The notes beneath the pieces were generated by a model. That model saw only the letters and a list, made by a program, of their open reading frames with translations, searched no databases and was not told the origin of the DNA. Below, one piece after another: positions 60,496 to 64,000 of a stretch of DNA of 64,000 nt. The number at the start of each line of letters is the position of its first letter. Position 1 is the stretch's first letter. The DNA is from an uncultured delta proteobacterium (lineage in GTDB: Bacteria; Desulfobacterota; Binatia; UBA9968): NCBI GenBank assembly GCA_963727625.1, contig CAVSHR010000003.1, forward strand, positions 32,001-96,000. The letters run 5' to 3'. Both the position numbers and the translations under genes were made by a program.

Positions 60496-60786
60496 CTACC
60501 GGCGATTGCGGCCTCCGCCATCGCCGTTATCGCGCCGCGCCATCGGCTTGGCTTCGTTAACGGTCAGGGTGCGCCCGTCGAGCTGGGTGCCGTTCAAAGA
60601 GTCGATCGCTTTTTGCGCTTCGCTGCCCGAGCTCATCTCGACAAAACTGAAGCCCCGGGATTGTCCGGTAAACTTATCCGAGATCACCTTGGCCGACGCG
60701 ACTGATCGGTATGCCGCAAAGATTTCCTCCAGCCGCGCCTCGGTTACCGAATCGGGCAAACCGCCGGCATATAATTGATTTCCCAT
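60496..60786 (-). CDS. RNA recognition motif (RRM) RNA-binding protein
   Basis: RNP2 LYAGGL, DKFTGQSRGFSFVEM RNP1, GRTLTVNEAKP, Gly/Arg tail. Confidence 0.93.
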   Translation of the reverse strand: MGNQLYAGGLPDSVTEARLEEIFAAYRSVASAKVISDKFTGQSRGFSFVEMSSGSEAQKAIDSLNGTQLDGRTLTVNEAKPMARRDNGDGGGRNRR

Positions 60787-60987
60787 GTTCTTCTCCAAAA
60801 AGAGAATTGTTGTCCAAGACCCTGAGAAGTAGGCTGCCGGTCGGAGAACATGGGCTAGTCAATGGCTGAAACCACGCTCTGGTCGGTTTATCCGTTAGGA
60901 ATCGTTCGCAAGGAGAGAGACGGATTAGAGGCCTTCAACGTTTGAATCATCCTCTTTCAGAAGGCCTTTTACTGAACTAGGATCTCC

Positions 60988-61016
60988 ACTCTACGTATTA
61001 ACCGGGCCGGTGTCAA
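60988..61016 (-). promoter_or_regulatory. Putative sigma-70 promoter of the RRM gene (about 190-nt leader)
   Basis: Minus strand TTGACA-17 nt-TAGAGT. Confidence 0.6.
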
Positions 61017-61139
61017 TCACGCCGGCGGAACCTTGCGGATCCGGCAGCTTATCGGACCGGTGCCGCGCCAATTCTCTGGCGAACGGGGCAAGTCGGGATG
61101 GCCGCGCTCAGATGCGTTCGCAATACACCGCGCTTGCCG

Positions 61140-61300
61140 GATCGCCGGCTCAGTTCATCGAAGAAACTTGCTCGGTCGAGTTCGTCGGTGAAACGGTGCG
61201 CGACCAAGCGTTTCGGGTCGGCATTCGCCAAAACGGGCCCGGTCGACGCCAATAACTGCGTCATCGATTTGACCACGCGCCCCTATGGCGCCGGTTTCGT
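61140..61300 (-). pseudogene. 3' remnant of an NMT1-type solute-binding protein gene
   Basis: PVLANADPKRLVAHRFTDELDRASFF resembles the C-terminus of 33756-34718 (PAARNVKPEDFLDMRFVAELDK); stops upstream. Confidence 0.5.
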
Positions 61301-61353
61301 TCACCGATAGTTGAAGTCACCAATCGGCCGGCATCCATGGCGGTTTGGTGTTT

Positions 61354-62043
61354 CTAGGCGAGCAGGGCGGCGATGAGACCCGATAAGACAATGCCGTCGA
61401 AGGTGCCCGCGCCGCCGATGCTGGCCACCGCCGGCGCGATCTTCACGACCTGCTTCAGATGCAGCAAATCGGCGCCGATCAATGGCCCGAGGACGCCGGC
61501 GACAAAGGCCACGGGCGCGGCGAAATCCGGGATGAGCAGCAAGCTCAAACTCGCGGCGATCAAGGGTGGAATAAAGGCCGGCATCGCTATCCCTAAATTC
61601 GCCACGGGACGCGCAAGGCGAAAACAAACGGCAACGTCGACGAGCGTGACGACCAACAGAATCATGAGGGCAGCGGGCCCGCGCCGCGCGACCAGAAAAC
61701 ATTCATAGACCGCGAGCGCCGAGGGGATCACACAGCCGCCGGCGTTAACCGCCAGGGTCACATAGCGACGCGCACGCCGCGGCAGGGAAAACAAGCGGCC
61801 GAATCCGAACATGACGAACGGATCGACGAAGATTTCCTCGTCACGGGGAAAGCGCCTGATCGGAATATTGACCGAGCTGCCCAGGATAATTCCCACCAGA
61901 ACGACGAAAGCCCCGCCCGGGCTGAGCCCGAGCTTCGCCAGGGCCGTGAGCATGAATTGGGCAAAGAAAAACGGCAGGAGAAGGAGCAGGAAGAAAACCA
62001 GAATCAGTGTCAGACAACCCGGGTAAATCATAAATCGCGACAC
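61354..62043 (-). CDS. DUF1614 family membrane protein (start may be 62031)
   Basis: GSSVNIP, AVNAGGCVIP, LIGADLLHL, SIGGAGTFDGI. Confidence 0.88.
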   Translation of the reverse strand: MSRFMIYPGCLTLILVFFLLLLLPFFFAQFMLTALAKLGLSPGGAFVVLVGIILGSSVNIPIRRFPRDEEIFVDPFVMFGFGRLFSLPRRARRYVTLAVNAGGCVIPSALAVYECFLVARRGPAALMILLVVTLVDVAVCFRLARPVANLGIAMPAFIPPLIAASLSLLLIPDFAAPVAFVAGVLGPLIGADLLHLKQVVKIAPAVASIGGAGTFDGIVLSGLIAALLA

Positions 62044-62410
62044 GATTTTTCATTGCGCGTAAAAGAGGTTTCGATGCGATCCAACATCCCTGTGCAGGCT
62101 GATGGTGCAACTCCGTTGCTCGACAATGCAGCCGCCGATTCGGCCCGGGTTGACCGTGTCATCGGATGGCTCCTCGCATCTCTGAACGGAAACAGGCCGG
62201 GTGTTTCCATGATTGAATCGGGCGGGAAGGACGCATCTATGGCTGCAGGCGGTTCTACTCGCCGCCGGGCTCGCCAACCATCGCCATGCGGGTTTGAGCT
62301 CATTCAGCCGCGGCTCCGAAAGGACCTCTAGTTGCTTTTTTCAAGCGATCGGCCCCGGCTCTTCCGGGAAATCGCACCGCCATTGATTTTGCGAACTTTG
62401 AGACGCAACG

Positions 62411-63121
62411 CTAAGCGGATTTGCGGAACTTTTTAGCGCGGCGCACGAAGTAGTCCCACATCGATTCGAGCCGATGCGGTGTGTAGATCTGCTCGTATTT
62501 GACGGCGGCTTCTTCGTCGCTGGTCCATGACGGATCGCCGGAGGCGGCGGCCATGAGCTGAATGCGCGCGGCTTTTTCCAAAAACACCGCATAGAGCGTG
62601 GCCACTTCGATGGACTCGCCGACCACGGTGGAGCCGTGGTTTTTCATCAGCAGGCCGCGGCATTTGCCAAGACTCTTGGCGACTTCCACGCCCAGCTCAG
62701 GCGTGCGAATCAACGCGGTGGTGTAGTCGAAGGTCGGCAAGCCGTCGTAAAAAATAGTGCCTTCGTGGCTGATCGGGCGCAATTTTTGGCCGAGCGCGCC
62801 GAAGGCGGTCGCATAGGGCGGATGCGAGTGGACAACGCAATTGACATCCGGCCTGGCCTTCATGATTTCGGTGTGAATGAAAACTTCGGAGTGGCGCTCG
62901 TGCTTGCCTTCGATTTTTTTGCCGGTCTCGATATCGACAACGATGATGTGCTGCGGGCGAATCTCTTCGAAGCCGAAGCTGTGCGGCTTCATGAGTATCT
63001 TGTTCAGTCCCGGGACGCGCACCGAAACATGGCCGAGGATATTGTCCCAGTGGCCTTCGTTCGCGAGAATGTTGCAGGAATAGGCGAGCTTCTCTTTCAA
63101 CTCTTTGAGGTTCGCAGCCAT
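62411..63121 (-). CDS. Class II aldolase/adducin family protein
   Basis: GHVSVR, SEVFIHTEI..ARPDVNCVVHSHP, LMKNHG. Confidence 0.92.
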   Translation of the reverse strand: MAANLKELKEKLAYSCNILANEGHWDNILGHVSVRVPGLNKILMKPHSFGFEEIRPQHIIVVDIETGKKIEGKHERHSEVFIHTEIMKARPDVNCVVHSHPPYATAFGALGQKLRPISHEGTIFYDGLPTFDYTTALIRTPELGVEVAKSLGKCRGLLMKNHGSTVVGESIEVATLYAVFLEKAARIQLMAAASGDPSWTSDEEAAVKYEQIYTPHRLESMWDYFVRRAKKFRKSA

Positions 63122-63183
63122 GATGTCTCCTAAAAAAGTGCCGAGTCGCGGGCGCTGAGGACTCTGTGTTTGTGCGATCAGTC

Positions 63184-64000
63184 TTAAGTTTTTGCGCGCA
63201 AGCGAAATCTTTGGATTTTGCCGGTCACGGTCTTCGGCAGGTCGTCGACAAACTCGACCCAGCGAGGATACTTGTACGGCGCCAATTTGCTCTTGACGTG
63301 ATTCTGCAGCTCGAGCCGAAGCTCGGCGCTGGGCTTGTATTCGCTCTTCAACAAGACGAACGCTTTCGGTTTGAGGAGGCCGTCGGCGTCGGTGTCGCCG
63401 ATGACGCCGGACTCGAGCACCGCGGGGTGTTCCATCAGCGTGTTCTCAATTTCGATCGGCGAGACCCAAAGGCCGCCGACTTTCATCATGTCGTCGGAGC
63501 GGCCGCAGTACCAGTAGTAACTGTCGGCGTCGCAGTAGTAGGTGTCGCCGGTCTTAAGCCACTCGCCCTGCATCATCTTTTTAGTCTGCTCGTGTTTGTT
63601 CCAGTAGTAAGGCGCGTTGGCGTCGCCTTTGACCAGCAAATTTCCGACTTCGCCGATCGGCACTTCGCGCCCCTCGTCGTCGACGATCTTGGCCTCGAAG
63701 GCGGGTGTCACTTCGCCGCTGCTGCCCGCCTTGGCGCGGCCCGGACGATTGGCCAGGAAATCGTGGGTTGCTTCCGTGGAGCCGACGACATCGAGCAGCT
63801 CCAGACCGGTGCGATCCTTCCATTGATGAAACAGCGCCGGCGGCAACGGCTCGCCCGAGGAGAGACAAGTCCGCAGGGAGCTTAAATCGTATTTTTTCTC
63901 GATGCGCAGAAAGCGCGCAAAAAGCGTCGGCACGGAGAAGAAGAAAGTCGGTTTGTACCTATCGATGACCTGTAGAATCTTTTCCGGGTCCGGCTTGTCC
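63184..64000 (-). CDS. Benzoate-CoA ligase-family acyl-CoA synthetase (5' end outside window)
   Basis: FFSVPT, SSGEPLP, GSTEA, TGD, GRSDDMMKVGG, YKYPRW, KTVTGKIQRF. Confidence 0.9.
   Translation of the reverse strand, partial: DKPDPEKILQVIDRYKPTFFFSVPTLFARFLRIEKKYDLSSLRTCLSSGEPLPPALFHQWKDRTGLELLDVVGSTEATHDFLANRPGRAKAGSSGEVTPAFEAKIVDDEGREVPIGEVGNLLVKGDANAPYYWNKHEQTKKMMQGEWLKTGDTYYCDADSYYWYCGRSDDMMKVGGLWVSPIEIENTLMEHPAVLESGVIGDTDADGLLKPKAFVLLKSEYKPSAELRLELQNHVKSKLAPYKYPRWVEFVDDLPKTVTGKIQRFRLRAKT

Overview
Bacterial chromosomal window spanning the replication origin. Gene content (pil cluster, split F0 ATPase operon after hemL, many amidohydrolases and orphan solute-binding proteins) suggests a Deltaproteobacteria-like organism, possibly Candidatus Binatia; this is inference. 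1-31 kb is core: type IV pilus pilB-pilC followed by an unannotated one-polypeptide PilS-type membrane sensor/PAS/sigma-54 AAA+ fusion, ppdK, recO, grpE-dnaK-dnaJ-lon-thiL, a larB/archease/HD/aminotransferase/gmhA run, atpZIBE, hemL, and dnaA-oriC-dnaN. 31-45 kb holds catabolic and transport genes. About 41-56 kb is a layered accessory/defence hotspot. It contains three copies of the 3' end of one membrane-hydrolase gene sharing a 44-bp near-invariant core, three remnants of an HNH nuclease gene end, about eight intact or decayed toxin-antitoxin modules, an McrBC-type system and a stand-alone ART-PolyVal-like ADP-ribosyltransferase, with no recognisable integrase. 56-64 kb: amino-acid ABC transporter, frameshifted DUF3500 gene, RRM protein with a structured leader, DUF1614, class II aldolase and a partial aromatic acid-CoA ligase. 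All family calls come from motif recognition by eye, not database searches.
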